64,000 bases of DNA from Tricharina praecox (Eukaryota). The notes under the pieces were generated by a model that had not been told where the DNA came from, did not search any database, and worked only from the letters and a program-made list of their open reading frames with translations. Location: positions 620,001 to 684,000 of the forward strand of contig NW_026250418.1 of NCBI RefSeq assembly GCF_024521635.1, written 5' to 3'. The stretch's first letter is position 1, and each line of letters starts with the position of its first letter. This document shows, one piece after another, positions 26,704 through 40,294 of the stretch. A program made the position numbers and the translations under genes.

Positions 26704-29700
26704 ATGGAGAGCACCCTCTTCCCATCCACGCCCGCGCTCCCGGCCCGCGCCCCGGAAATCATCCGCGCTCACACGATACAGCTACAGAGTGCGTCGCTGA
26801 GCTCGCGCGAGGCCGAGCGGCAGCGGCGGTTCCAGGGGCTTGTGCGGCGGTGAGTTTCTCCGCCCCCTCGTGCCAGCCATGGAGCTCGCTCGCTCGCTCG
26901 ATCCTGAAGTGCTGATTCCGGTCCCTGTCTATGTAGCTACATGTCGCAGCTGCTATACGGATGCCAGCGGGCGCACTGCGACACGCCGACGTGCTACAGT
27001 GCGCGGAAGCGTTTACCCCGGAACTCGAATGCGTCGCGCCGGCTGTCGCTGCTGTCGGCGCGCATCATTGCGTGCAATCTCGCGGCCGGCGATGAGCCGC
27101 TCCGCGCGCTGTGTCCTGGCAAGCCCGTTGTGCCCACGCTCGCTACGGGGGGAAAGCGCACAGAGAAGGAGGTGGGTGTGGTCACCGATAAGGGCGCGAA
27201 GGATCCTAGGTCGTTTACGCAGATGCTGTTTAATACTGTCGCCTTGAAGATGGTCGAGTGGATTAGTCTGCCGCCACCGCTGCCGCCGAGGAAGGTGGAG
27301 GGGGAGGAGGGGGAGGAAGACGGGGAGGGGGAGGAAGACGGGGAGGGGGGGGGGCAGGAGGAGGAACACGAACCGCCGAAATTGAAGTTCCCGGTTAATC
27401 CTCTGGACGTGATGGATACTGGCCGGATGAACAAGGATTCCGAGGCGGTCAGTCAGATGCATCACCAGGAGATACTACAGCAGCAGACGAGGCGGAGGAT
27501 GTCGTCCGCAAAGGATGTGACGCCGACGCCACACTCAAATGCGAAGGCGAAACTCACCACCCCCATAAACACTTTTATACCGCCACCAGTATATCACCAA
27601 CCACGACTGCGGAAGGAAAAGGACGCGGCAGCGGTTGCGAAGCCACATCTCACGCCTAGCAGAAGCGACAAGAACGCGGCGACGTTGATGCTTTGGCCGG
27701 CAACGGAACCGGTGGCGGTGGGGCCGCAGAGCTTGAAGATCCTGAATGAGGATATCTGCGAGGCACTGTGGCAGATGTGCAGCGACCCTGCGACATCGGA
27801 AGCGGAGATGATCGGAGTGGTGGCGTTTGCGGAACAGAGTGTTTTCTACGTTCTGTCCACACCGGAAGCTGCTCTTGCGTCGTTTGGTGGCGTTGGAGAT
27901 GACGATTCGGTCGGCTTCGATTCGGGATCGGTCGAGAGGGCGCTCGGCTTGCTGTACAAGTGTGGACTGCAGGAATGCGCTATACGCGCTGTGTGGGAAG
28001 GAATGGCAAACGTCTTCTCGAAGCCCGGTAAAGGCTTGTCGGATAAGGCCGCGGCGGGCATGATCGTCGTGGCTCTTCATGTGCTGGCACGGGGGCTTGT
28101 GGACGACGAAGAGGTGTTCAGGATTGTGACGGAGTTGAGGGCGGCCGGGAAAGTGTCGAATGGACATGATGTCGCCCCGGATATAGGCTTCGAGGACGAG
28201 CTTGCCGAGCGGCTGATGAGGAGAGTTTTGAGGGCTATAGCATTTAGAGGGACGGAAGGGGATGCCACGGTTTCTCATCTGAAGCAGTACCTGCGGAGGT
28301 GCGAACAGCTACATAGGAAACAGAGAGATCTGCAGATTGTGGCTGATTTCGGGAAGGAGCTGGTTGGAATGGCTAATGATGGGTCTATCAGAGGAGGAAC
28401 GGGACTCGCCAGGTGCATGCTGGAGTGGACGAGGGTGGTGTTCGCTAGGTGTTGGAATGGCGACGAAGTGGTGACGCGGAACGGTCTCGCTGGTGCATGT
28501 GTTGAGATGTTCGAGCTGCTCCATGCGGATTACGAGGCCTATGGACTGTTTCCAGAGGTCTTCGAGACGTGGATGATCGGACAGCGGATAAGTCCCACTG
28601 TCTGGCCAGTCGCGTGGTGCAATAAAACTATCAAGACAAGAGCACCCGACGATATCCACCTCCTGGACCACGCATACCTCTTTTCGGTCTCGCATCGAGT
28701 CACGTATTTCCGTGCCATCAACCTGGACATCATGAAGAAGGCGTATGAGAGTGCGATCGCGAATCTCCGCATGGTCAGCCAGATGAGCGATCTGACGAAA
28801 CTGGGGTATCCCTACTTTGCGGCAAAGATCGATACCGCTCTCAGCATATACTTCGTCATTGCCGTTCGCCGAACAAACTTGCTAGAGGACGCACTCAACC
28901 AATTGATTCATCGCGAACACCGCGAGTTACTACGACCACTCAAGATCCGGTTTGCGGAGGGAGAGGAGGGCGTTGACCAAGGTGGCGTGCAGCAGGAGTT
29001 CTTCTCCCTGTTGATCAAAGAAATCATGTCACCAGAGTTCGGGATGTTCGTGACGGACGAGCGCACACGGATGTCGTGGTTCTGGGAGGGCAGTCTCGAG
29101 AGTTCCGCAAAGTTCGAGCTCGTGGGTCTCGTCGTCGGCCTCGCAGTCTACAACGGCATCACCCTTCCCGTGAACTTTCCAAAGGCGCTGTACATCAAGC
29201 TCCTTGGCGGCACGCCGACTCTCGACGACATCGACGATTGCTGGCCCGAGCTGGCGCGCGGCCTGAGGGATCTCCTCACCTGGGAGGACGGAGACGTCGC
29301 TAACGTCTTCATCCGCACGTATGAATACTCCACCGATGTTCTTGGCCAGGTCCACTCTGTCGATATGGAGCATGCGAAAACGAACGGCCCCGAGTTCCTG
29401 CCGCGCCCCATCCCGAGGATTAAATCTCCCAAGAAAAAACCCGCCGCCGTGGCGGAAGACAAGAAGCTGGAGCATTGGCTGCCCACACTCGCTGCGCCGG
29501 ATGAGTGGTTGGGCTCGCTGAGCCAGATCCTGGAGAACATCAATTCCGAGGAACGCGATGAGCGCATGCAACGACAGAGGACTGCGAATGCCGAGGCACG
29601 CGAGGAGCTTCTGCAACGGCAGAGGGCTCGGGGCACCGAGGAGCGAGATGGGCGCCTGCAACGACAGAGGACTGCAAATGCCGAGGAACGCGCGGAGCGC

Positions 29701-30897
29701 CTGCAACAACAGAGGACTGCGAATGCCGCGGCACGCGAGGAGCACCTGCAACGGCAGAGGATTGAGGATGTCGAGGAACGTGAGGGGCGCCTGCAACGAC
29801 TGAGGACTGGGAATACCAGGTATACTGTTACGTATCGTGATCTTAATGAGCCTAGTGGTGACGAGGAGGAGGGGGATGCAGAGGATGCGAAAGAGGATGA
29901 GCCAGTGGTGGGGGCAGTGCGCCCGGATGCACCAGAGGAGCAGGTTGATTATAGGCCGGTGGCGCCCCAGAGGACTATTGAGTGGATACCCGCGGAGGAG
30001 ACAAGTATTCAGAGTCCACCTGCGCCTGCACCTGCACCGGCTGGGGAGGAGGATCCGCCTGTTCATTTGGCTGGTGCGCCTGTTGTGGAGGAGGATCCAC
30101 CTGTTGATACGGCTGATACGGCTGGTGTGGATGATATTGGGCCAGGTGATGGTAAGCCTGGCAATGGAGATGAGCAGCCGGAGACGATGCCGGAGCAGTC
30201 TGATACCCAGTTGGTGGAAGAGGTGGAAGAGACGAGTACAGAGACCCGAACGGACGAGAAGCCACAGCAAGTCCCCGATTCTCAGCCAGATCTAGCCAAC
30301 GCCCCACCGCCACAGCCAGAAGACGAAGAAGCTCTCCTACCCTCACCCCCAACTACACCCCACGAAGCCCCTCTAGTAACCAACGCCAACCGCGAGGAAT
30401 ACGTCCGCGACTACATCTCCTGGCTGACATCACGCTCGATCCACCCCGCCTATACCTGTTTCGCGCGGGGCTTCCACGCGCTCCTCCCTCAACGCAGCCT
30501 GCACCTATTCTGTCCCTCGACGCTGCAAACACTGATTGAGGGCTCGTCCTCCACCACGCCGCTGTCGATCACACGTCTCGAAGCAGTGTGCAAATACGAA
30601 GACGGGTACCACGCGGGACACCGAGTGATCCGCGACTTCTGGGCGGTAGTGCACAGCTTCAACGAGGAGAAGCGGCGGCAGCTGCTCGAGTTCGTGACCA
30701 GCTCGCCGCGCGTGCCGATCGGCGGCGTCGAGAACATCATGTTCTATATCGTCCGCAACGGCGAGGACTCGGAGCGCCTCCCGTCCAGCCTGACGTGTTT
30801 TGGCAGGCTCCTGCTGCCGGAGTATGCCAACAGGAAGAAGCTCAAGAGGAAGCTGGAGCTGGCGCTGGAGAATAGTAAGGGCTTTGGGAATCCGTAG
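26704..30897 (+). CDS. HECT E3 ubiquitin ligase, UBE3A/E6AP-like, with N-terminal AZUL Zn finger
   Basis: RRFQGLVR|RYMSQLLYGCQRAHCDTPTC (AZUL; intron ~26850-26936). HECT motifs VRRTNLLEDAL, FAEGEEGVDQGGVQQEFF, GLAVYNGITLPVNFP, FWAVVHSF..LLEFVTSSPRVP, RLPSSLTCFGRLLLPEY (catalytic Cys), ENSKGFG. Confidence 0.93.
29548..29817 (+). repeat. Six 45-bp (15-aa) coding repeats, EER.ERLQRQRTANA, inside a HECT-domain insertion
   Basis: The unit ctgcaacgrcagaggactgcraatgcc recurs every 45 nt. Confidence 0.85.
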
Positions 30898-31461
30898 CCT
30901 GTAGCGTGTGTAGAGTGTGTACTTGTGCATGTACTTATGATGTGTATGTACGATAGGAAATGGAAGGAATGACAATGAGGTGTTCTAAGTATCATACCGT
31001 ACCTGTTCAGTTTTTATCTATACCCCAAGAGAGAGAAAATGTGCCCAGCACAGCAACGTAGACTCGTAGAGCAAGCAAAATGAAATCCACATCGATCAGC
31101 TTTATATATACCCTCGCCCCCGTCCTCTTCTTCTTCTTCCTCTTCTTCTCCCCCCTCTCCGCAAATGACAAACTCCTGGTCAAACAAAAGGAAACAAAAC
31201 AACAAAACAACAACGCCAGTCAGTACTAGATAAGTAGAAGGAAGAAAAGAAAAAAGAAAAACCCCAAACAACTCGAGGCAGTAGATGTATCTAGCACAGT
31301 AGCAAACCCCCCGCTCCCCCTCCCCTCCCCCGCCCCCCTCCCCCCCGGCACACCCCCCAATCGTTAATTTCTATAGATATCAACAAGAAGTAAAAACAGT
31401 TAAAAAAAGAAAAGCTAAGCTTGCGTGCTTGCACATGACAAAATCGCAAATGAAATGAAAT

Positions 31462-33267
31462 TCAGTCAAACTCGGGCCAGCGCTCGTAGGCCTTGACCTC
31501 GGGGCCCTCCCAGCGCTCGCCGTAGGGATTGGTGCGCTCGCCGCGGAAGAAGCCGTCCTGCGCGCGCTCGATCACGTCGAACCACGAGTTTGGTTGCGGG
31601 TGTTTGAGCCACTGCGAGTTGAATCGTTAGTATAAGCGGATGCGGGAAAGAGGAGGGGAAGGAGGAAGGGGGGTGCGGACCTGGTTGTGGATGTGGTACG
31701 TCCAAGCGCCGCGAAAGAAGTTTTCGAGCGTGCGGTTGTTGGGCGGGTACTTATCCTCGACGGCGCGGTAGTCGCGGCCGCCGTAGGAGCCATCTGCGCC
31801 CTTCGTGGGAGCCGGACTTGTCTCAGCCTCGCGCCTCCTAAGCTCGGTGGGCGTTCCATCGGCACCGCCGAGTGTGTTCTTGAGCGGGAGGGGAGCGCCG
31901 TCGTAACTCTGCCACTCGTCCTTGATCGCGTCGCGCGTGCCAACGAATGCGACGCCGTAGTCCTTGAAGCACGGGACGGCGCAGCGGCCCTCGCGGCCCC
32001 AGTTGAATTCGCCCCAGATCGGATCGAACAGCCCGGTTTCGAACATGGCGAGCTCGTTGACCCGCCCGTCTTTCCATGCCATGCGTCCGACGATCCGGGG
32101 GTGGAAGTTGAGCCCCATGCGCACGCCGCCGCGCACGAGGTACGAGGATAGCGAGGAGTTGGCGTTCAGCGAGAGGACCGCGGTGTTGAAATCGCCGGCG
32201 TGTGAGTGCACGGCCCAGCGCTCGGCGAAGTTGTGGTCGGGCGTTAGCAGCAGGGGTCGCATGTCGCGGAGGAGGAGGATGTCCATGTCCAGGTACACGC
32301 CGCCGTAGAGGTGGAGGACGACGAAGCGGACAGCGTCGGAGACGGCCACCGGGAGGAAGGTCATTTGTCGCTCTGTGAGCACGATCCATTCGCTGCCGTC
32401 TTTCTGGATCATCAGCCCGTCGCCGATGTAGGTCTCGCCCTTTGCGTTTGCGTTCTTGGTGGCGTCCTCGATGCTGCCGGAGCGGCTTAGGTATTTAGCG
32501 TAGTGAGGGTCCTGCTCGATGGTACCCTTGGGGAGGGGGATTCTCGAGGGGAATTTCCACGCCATCAACATGATGTCGCCACGCTCGACCAACGGAAGGA
32601 ACCGTGCGAACCCGGGATCCTTCATCATGTCGTCCGTCGCCTTCGGATTACTGTCGGAGTCCAACCAAATGTACAGCCGACTGCACGGGAGATTCTGCGT
32701 GTACAGATAGCTCTTGACGAACAGCTCCACGCGCCACTGCGACGGGCCCGTCCAGTACGTATGGTACAGCTGTACCGGGCCCGGACACTCTCCCGAGCTC
32801 TTCCTGTTCGGCTTCGCTGCGCCCCCGATTGTCGGGTACCCCGTAACGCTCTGCGACGGCCTCCCCTCCGGAATAAAGAAGTAATCGCTCTCCCCCTCGG
32901 CCAAAAATTTTAGGCAGTCGTGGACGTTGCGCATCCTCTCGAGCCCGATCGCCGACCCACGGCACGCTTCTATCAGCCTTGTGTAGTTCGCGTACGTGTC
33001 CACGTCCGGCCGGGCGCCCAGGTAAGCATCGTTAATATCCTTCACCAGGGACTCCGGTCGTAGTCGCCAATTCACGCCGCCGCTCAGAGAGCCCTCCGGG
33101 ATGACGGCTGGCTTCTGTACCACCTGCGAGAACGGCGAGATCGAACCGGTGCGGTAGACGTGTACGAAGCCGACGACGGAGGTGTATGCCAGCGTGGCTA
33201 TCAGGAGATTACGCAGTAGGAGGCCACATCGTTGCAGTTTCGAGGTCGATGGCCCGCGGTCGACCAT
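31462..33267 (-). CDS. Type II membrane glycosyltransferase, GT32-like (DxD sugar-binding)
   Basis: Single N-terminal TM helix; LYHTYW; SDAVRFVVLHLYGGVYLDMDILLLRD (GT32 signature); FNTAVL. Intron 31612-31680 gives a last exon WLKHPQPNSW...WPEFD*. Confidence 0.88.
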
Positions 33268-35083
33268 GATGTCGGGGAGTTTGTTGTTTGTTTTTGGCGG
33301 CGGACGTTAGGACACGCGACAGTGATGGTGTTGTCCTAGGCGTCGGCGTTGGAGTGCTAACGGCACTTTCGACTTCAGGAGCACAATGGGCTCCGACAGC
33401 TGCCACTGGCTCGACCAAGTATCGTATCGAGATGCGGGGAATCAATTGCCTCCTTGGAAACGAGCGAGCGCCGAGACGGCACGGCACGGCAGGGGGAGGG
33501 TCGGTTCGGTTCGGTCGGTATCGGTGGGGTGGATGGGCTCGATCGATAGCGGATCTTGGGGGGGTGGGGGGTCTTGGGTTCTATTGTAGACACGTCTGGC
33601 TCCAAGGAGTGTGAGTTGTGTTGCGGTTGCCGTTCCTTCGTGCTGGTCGTCCCGATGCTCCTCCGGGGCTGTGTTGCATCTCTCGTTCTTCAAAAAGGGG
33701 AAGCAGGCATGCGCGGCGTATTCGTACGTACCATATCTACCCTAAAGAATACCGGCATATCCTATGCTATTAGTAGATAGATTAGCCAGCCGTATTCGAC
33801 AACTGCTGGAGAGTTCTTGGCGTTGCGAGGGTGGCTGGAGGTACCGGTATCCAGGCACAGCCTATCTAGAGTAGAGTGAGTACTATGTAGATGCTTACTC
33901 CAATGTAGGTCTACCGGTAGTAGTACTCGTACTCGCTCAGAGAGATTTAGCCAGCAAATGGTGAGTAAGGACTTAGGTAACGACTGAAGAGCTCCGTCCA
34001 GAGCGGGCGGACGGAGGGCGAGTGATGCCGGTGCTGCACGGTGCTAGAGTACTGAGTACAGCGGAAACGGCGAGGAAATTTCGCCGACCTGGCTAGGCCC
34101 TTTACGGTGGCCCAAACGTTCGGAGAGCTCTTATTTATTTTGTCGACTGGTTGTTGTTTTCTCATTGTCCGCTGATCAGTCTGTCTCGTCGCTGTTTTCG
34201 GCGTTGTCGTTATTTACTTTTTCGTTGATTCTCATCTCGGGATTCAACTTTCGAGGTTATTGAGACTGGCCGCCTGAAGAACACAGGAGGCTCTTTCTTT
34301 ACTTGTCGCTTTCTCTCTAGTGAAATAAAATCGGTCACCTATCTTCTTACCAAAGTTGCCAGAGGGTCATCACGGCCATAGTGCTTCACTACTAGTAAGT
34401 TGATACTATACTGACCGACACCATACTGACCGACACCGAACACGATGCTGTAAATTCGCGTTTTTGGGTTTTTGTTTGATCAGTGAGTGCTTGTGACGTA
34501 CCTACTCCAGTCTCCAGCTATGTGTTATCTAGACGATGGCTAACCAGTTATTAGGTGCCTACTCTAGAGTGGACGACGAGGGCGCCGCAGCAGTCATCAG
34601 CCCCACCGACCATGCCGAAACCCCCACCCAGGAACCCTCATCGTCAAAGCACAACGAAGAACGATCCAAACCAAGAAATCTCCATAGAAACGAAGCATGA
34701 GGTGCAGTTGCCGGCACCGGAGTTCCGTTGTTGTTACCGGAGGAATCCAGCAGGCCAGACGCCGAAGCCCAGCACCTGGTCAACTGTACTATACACGCGA
34801 ACTCAGATTCCCCTGGTTTATCGTTTGACCGTTTGTGGGTACGGCCTGCGGCACCGAAATGCCCCGATGCCGGAGCGGTAAGGCTTGTCCTGCCTCGCCA
34901 GCTGCCAGACGGGTGATCACCCCATGCCAATCATTCTCCTCACATAGGGACCTATCAGTTATTCAGACATGCCGTCCCATCCATCATGTCGGAACTTCGG
35001 TATATAACCTGGCGCTTTCTGTCGTGTTCTTCAGGAAAATGCATATGTGCTTAACGGCAGTGAATTCAACTGGACTTCGATAA

Positions 35084-36694
35084 ATGGCCAGATACACTCC
35101 CATCCTCGCCACCTCCGGTGTGATTACCATACTCCTCACGCGTCTCCTGCCGCACCTCCTCTTCGTCGGACCAGTAACGACTTTTATATGCCTTGTCTCA
35201 ACCCTCTCCCTCGCGCGAGCATTCTACTACATCATCATATGGCCGCGCTTCGTCTCGCCGCTCCGGCATCTCCCCGGCCCTGAGAGGGAAAGCTACTTCA
35301 TGGGCCATGGCAACTCAATCATAAACATGCCCATCGGCGAACCGCACAAAGCCTTCCTCAAGATCCCCAATGACGGGCTCATCCGCTACCATACATTATG
35401 GAACCGTGAGCACATCATGCCGACGAATGCGCGGGTGCTCCAGCAGGCTCTGACGACCGACATCGACATCTGGGTCAAGCCACCGCAGATGCGGCTGGGT
35501 CTCGGACGGATCCTTGGCAGTCGCAGTGTGCTGTTCGCAGAGGGCGAGGAGCACAAGGCGCACCGCCGCATCATGAACCCCGCCTTCTCGCGCAAGCAGA
35601 TCAAGAATCTCGTCCCAGTGTTCTGGGAGAAGGCGGTGTATCTGGGCGACAAGGTCGCCTCGGAGGCTCCGAAGCAGGAGAATGCTGGCTGGCTGGATAT
35701 GGCGCTGTGGGCTTCGCTCGGCACGCTGGACATCATCGGTGCCGCCGGCCTGGGCTACGACTTCCGTGCGATGGAAACAGGCGGCAACGGCAGCGAGATC
35801 GCGAGAGCCTACAACGTGATATTCACCCAGCGCCGGGGCAGAAAAGTCATGCAGCTCCTCATGACCATCTTTCCAAACTGGCTGTTGAAAAACATCCCCA
35901 TCAAGCGAAACATCGAGATGCGCGCCGCCCATGCCTCGATCGTTTCCGCCTGCCACGAACTGATCCGCACCAAGCGCCAGGAACTCAAGTCCCAAACCGC
36001 CGGCGACGAAAAGGACATTCTCTCGGTGATGATCAACTCGTCGTACTGGGACGCCCCCTCCACGGGCGGCGACGACGGCATCCAAGAGCAGCTGATGACG
36101 TTCCTTGCCGCGGGCCACGAAACCACGTCTACACTGGTGCAATGGGCGCTCCACCTTCTCACCCTGCACCCGCAATACCAAACCCTCCTGCGCACCGAAC
36201 TCCGTAACAAATTCCCCACCTGCCCCTCGCCCGCGCACATGACCTACGAAATCCTCGACTCCCTCCCACTCCTCCGGAACTTCACGCAGGAAGTAATCCG
36301 CTTCTACCCGCCGGTGGCGCTGACGATGCGCGAAGCCGCGCGGGCGACCACGCTCGACGGCCACCCCATCCCCGCAGGCACCACGCTCGTCATCGTCCCC
36401 TGGGCCCTCCAGAAGGACCCTAAAGTCTGGGGCCCGGATGCGGACGAGTTCCGCCCTGAGAGATGGGAGGGCCGCACGCTGGATAGTAACTATGACATCC
36501 TTACGTTCCTGGCGGGGCCACGCATCTGCATTGGAAAGGACTTTGCGAGAATGGAGTTTATGGCTATCATGGCGGTCCTCATGGCGAGGTTTACGTTTGA
36601 GAGCACTGGGAGGGAGATCGAGATCCAGGGTGGCATCACGAGTAGGCCAAAGGGTGGGCTGAAACTTAAGGTTACGGAGGTAGGGGGGTGGTAG
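35084..36694 (+). CDS. Cytochrome P450 monooxygenase (intronless, 536 aa)
   Basis: N-terminal TM + PLRHLPGP, I-helix FLAAGHETT, K-helix EVIR, PERW, heme motif FLAGPRICIG. Confidence 0.96.
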   Translation: MARYTPILATSGVITILLTRLLPHLLFVGPVTTFICLVSTLSLARAFYYIIIWPRFVSPLRHLPGPERESYFMGHGNSIINMPIGEPHKAFLKIPNDGLIRYHTLWNREHIMPTNARVLQQALTTDIDIWVKPPQMRLGLGRILGSRSVLFAEGEEHKAHRRIMNPAFSRKQIKNLVPVFWEKAVYLGDKVASEAPKQENAGWLDMALWASLGTLDIIGAAGLGYDFRAMETGGNGSEIARAYNVIFTQRRGRKVMQLLMTIFPNWLLKNIPIKRNIEMRAAHASIVSACHELIRTKRQELKSQTAGDEKDILSVMINSSYWDAPSTGGDDGIQEQLMTFLAAGHETTSTLVQWALHLLTLHPQYQTLLRTELRNKFPTCPSPAHMTYEILDSLPLLRNFTQEVIRFYPPVALTMREAARATTLDGHPIPAGTTLVIVPWALQKDPKVWGPDADEFRPERWEGRTLDSNYDILTFLAGPRICIGKDFARMEFMAIMAVLMARFTFESTGREIEIQGGITSRPKGGLKLKVTEVGGW

Positions 36695-39600
36695 AGGGAA
36701 GAGGGGGAGGTGGGGGAGGAAACGCTGAGATAGAATTTATGATATTATGTACTAGATTATTCCCGAGTGTATGTACTTGGGAGATGGCTATGAGATTATG
36801 AGATACCTAGCCAGCGGATCCTTCCCACTGCTGCTCTTAACGACCAAGAGTGAAACTACGAGTAGATGGGTTGAAGACCTACTTTCGACCGGCCTCGTAT
36901 GTACTAGTACTCTCCATACCAGCTCACGCTCCGCAGACCGCGGAAGCCTCGGCGGGGCAATAGCGTCGACTAATGCCACAATATTATTCGGTACCGTATG
37001 CACCCAGCACGGTCTCCCATCCGTCAACAACCTGGATCGAATTGTCAGAAAGTCCGAATCTTCGCAAGGAATACCTAGTAATAAACCATCCGACTACTTA
37101 GGATTGGGCTTGGGCCTGGATATCGTTTTTCAGCTCCAGAAGTTCATATGTAACACCGTGGTTGTGAAAGACGGCGATGGCTCGGTGGGGGGAATACAAA
37201 AAACGCCGGTGGAGCAATAAGCCTTAAGGAAGCATGCATATCTTTGCATCTTTCCTCCATTGAGCTCGCAGAATAAACCCCTAGATATCTGGTGCGGCTG
37301 TTGACTTGACTTGGTGCTTCGAAAACCTGAGCGTTGTGATCGCCCATGCGACCAGTTCCCGATTACGCGGGCGATGTAGATGCTCAAACAGTTCCCACAG
37401 TTCCACAGTTCAACATCTTGAGTTTTCGGAACTGTATGAAAAGGTTTATTCTACATACCTACCTTGAAGATTATTAGAGCCGGAAGAAGTCACTTGATGC
37501 GGGAACGAGCAGGATAAATCATGTGGTGGTCACTGGTCGCCTAGGCCTATGCACTACCACTATGCGAAATGCGGTATGCCGGAATGATGACTGCAATTGG
37601 GTTTTGAAACCCTTCTCTAAGGTGTACTGTGCTTGGAGTCCTTGGACTCTTCCAGTACAAGGAGCTGATGCGAATCTTCAAGATGTACCCTATTGGGATG
37701 GTCGCCTCTGTACTGCATTATGCCGCCGGGAACTTGGAAGGGGGATGTAAGATGCCGGAATGTCACTCGTGAAGGTTGCCCAGGTCGAATCAGCTCGAAT
37801 TTCAAGCACGAGTTGGAAATTCTTCGCTGCATTGGTCTGCCATTTGTGGTCGCGACTTTGTGCCATTTGAAGGCATTGCTGCGACACAAAGCACGAATTG
37901 GCGTTCAAGATACTCATCCATACCACTGTACTTCTACTTCTACTTCTACAGCTTGAAGCTTCAAATACAAAAGTCCAGACATCCGAGTAACGTTCAGACA
38001 ATGGCCTCGAACCCTTCTATCCTGCCCCGCTTTCCCGCAGACACCGGTACTGCGAAGAACCATACTGACCAGACGCAGGGCAATCGGTTTAACTTGGGTG
38101 TCTGCATCATCACACTCCAATGCCTACTTAGTCGATTTCTTTCGAATTTCTAGCTGAGACTTCGACACTTGGAGATACATGCCATGAGGATAGTTAACGG
38201 TGGAAAGTACACTGCGTCGGGAAGCTTGCAGCCCTAACTACAGTCTACAGCGAGACAGATGGAGTTGAGGATATGTTCGGTTGTGGCATAGACAGAGAGG
38301 GTGGTGACTGGTCTATTCTTAACCAAGAATGGCAAGCACCTGGGTAATTCCGCTGATAGAATGTTGCAATGGTCAAAATTGTATGTACAAGTTTGCCACA
38401 TCGCAGCAAATTTTGGAGAGAAGCCATTTGAATACGTTCCCCAGACGCTGTAAGCGGAGATGAGACAACTATTTACGGCGGCTATGTAGTACATCAAAGC
38501 TATGGGTGGCTGTGCTGGATGTACTTTCAACTTTTGCGTACGTACTGGTTAGTAGTACGTACCCGGGGTGGCGATCGTCATACCTGTGTACGCGTAGACA
38601 TTCTCGGTTGGGCAGGTATAACGACCGACCATGGTCCATGGCACAGACTCCTGCACAATCCATCACTCCACCTCTCCCCCTCTCAGCCCCCTCACCCCCT
38701 CCGACGATTTTTAGCCCCACCAACCAAGACGACAGCGACGCAAAAACCTGGATTTTGCTCACACCCGACCACTACCTACCATACCTATATGTACTGCTGC
38801 CAATCGAAGATGAGCACTATAGACTGTGTATGGAGCACTCTACTCCAAATAGCGCACATACTATGATATAGGTATATCTATAGGCATATATACAGCAACT
38901 GGCAACGTTTTGCGCGATCTCCCATCGCTCACTCACTATCGATGATCGTGAGCGGCGCTGCGCTGTTGGTGCTGCCCTATCTCTACCTATCCGGTGGTGG
39001 TGGTGGTGGCGGGGCAGAAAAAAAGGAAGCAGGTGCCAGCGAATCGAAGCCATACCGTATGTACTGGTATCGGTGATCAACTGTAATCCAATCCGTTCCA
39101 TTCCAATCCAATCCAATCCAATCCGGCCTGCACTACTACTGGTAGTATATCGACAGCCCCACGATGATACGTACTTGGTACGTACTGCGCCCCATGTGGC
39201 GCTCGGGTTAGGGTTAACTAGCCACTAGTAAGCGCTCTGGCTTGAGTCCGTCTCGACAGCCCCACCAGCGGGCCTTCACATGTCTGTGAATGTCCCGCCA
39301 ATCCGCCAACGTCAAGGTCCCTCCCGGAACAGATAGCATGTCCGCAGTCATGAAACGACACCTGGTAGCATAGGTACATAGTCACGGTTGTATCGAGGGT
39401 TGTCAAGGGCCTCGCTGGCATGGTTGGAACGACGCTCCTTATGCGTGCGGGGGCTTGCGTTTGTTCCCTGCGCACATGTTGTATGTAGCATGGAGGGATT
39501 CGAGCGCGGGGGCCGGGGCGACGGCATTGCGGAAGTTCCAACAGCCCGCGAATGAGGTTGAGGAAACATCATCACGACCGAGCGAGCACGCGCGGAAAGC

Positions 39601-40262
39601 GACACGAGACATCGCAGCAGGTGGTATGTGTAGATCGCCGGCACGGGCGAACCAGAAACGGTCGTCTGTTTTTGTCTGCTCACCGTCACGTCACGTCAAT
39701 CGCCCTTCCCCCAGACCCGGACCCGGATTCATCGTCGTACATATCGCCTAAGCACGCAGTCACCTCCCCCCTCACTCGCCGGATCCCGTCTCGCCCAACC
39801 AGCACGCTCGGCTGGACACCCCCCTCATGCGAACATGTACGCCAATCACACTCTGCCAGCGAACCCGACAACCCCCGACCACCACCCCGACCACCAACCC
39901 CCGAACCCCCTCCCCGCCCCACGCGGCAGCAGAGCTCACTTTGTTGTCACCCTAGAATCGCCTCCCCTTCCCTCTGCAGAATCGCCTCCCCTTCCCTCTG
40001 CAGAACCAACTGCAACGCCGCCGCCTGCGCTGCATCACGGCCGCCGCCGTTCTTACCACAGCACTCTAGAGTACTCGACAGCACTTAGCACGCTGAGTTG
40101 CATACGCGAAGATGAAGAGGGGCGCCATCCATCCATCCACTCATCATGCCAGCCAGCAGCCAGCCCATCATGCCTGCCCCAACGGAGCACCGGCGGATGG
40201 ATAGCCCATCCATGGGGGGCGGGGGGGTGAGGTTTAAGGGAGCGGCCTCCCGCAGTGCTTCT

Positions 40263-40294
<32 letters not shown>

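Noticed and set aside
29029..30270. Long antisense ORFs (e.g. 413 aa here; also 35396-36364, 41252-42007, 58764-59777)
   Set aside because: Shadows of GC3-rich or low-complexity sense genes, with no domain features.
31462..36694. GT32 + P450 divergent pair as a biosynthetic gene cluster
   Set aside because: No backbone enzyme (PKS/NRPS/terpene synthase), transporter or regulator nearby; GT32 is typically a Golgi glycan enzyme.
36750..38530. Lower-GC tract with several short minus-strand ORFs, possibly a relic gene
   Set aside because: No recognisable motif or consistent exon chain could be built by eye.
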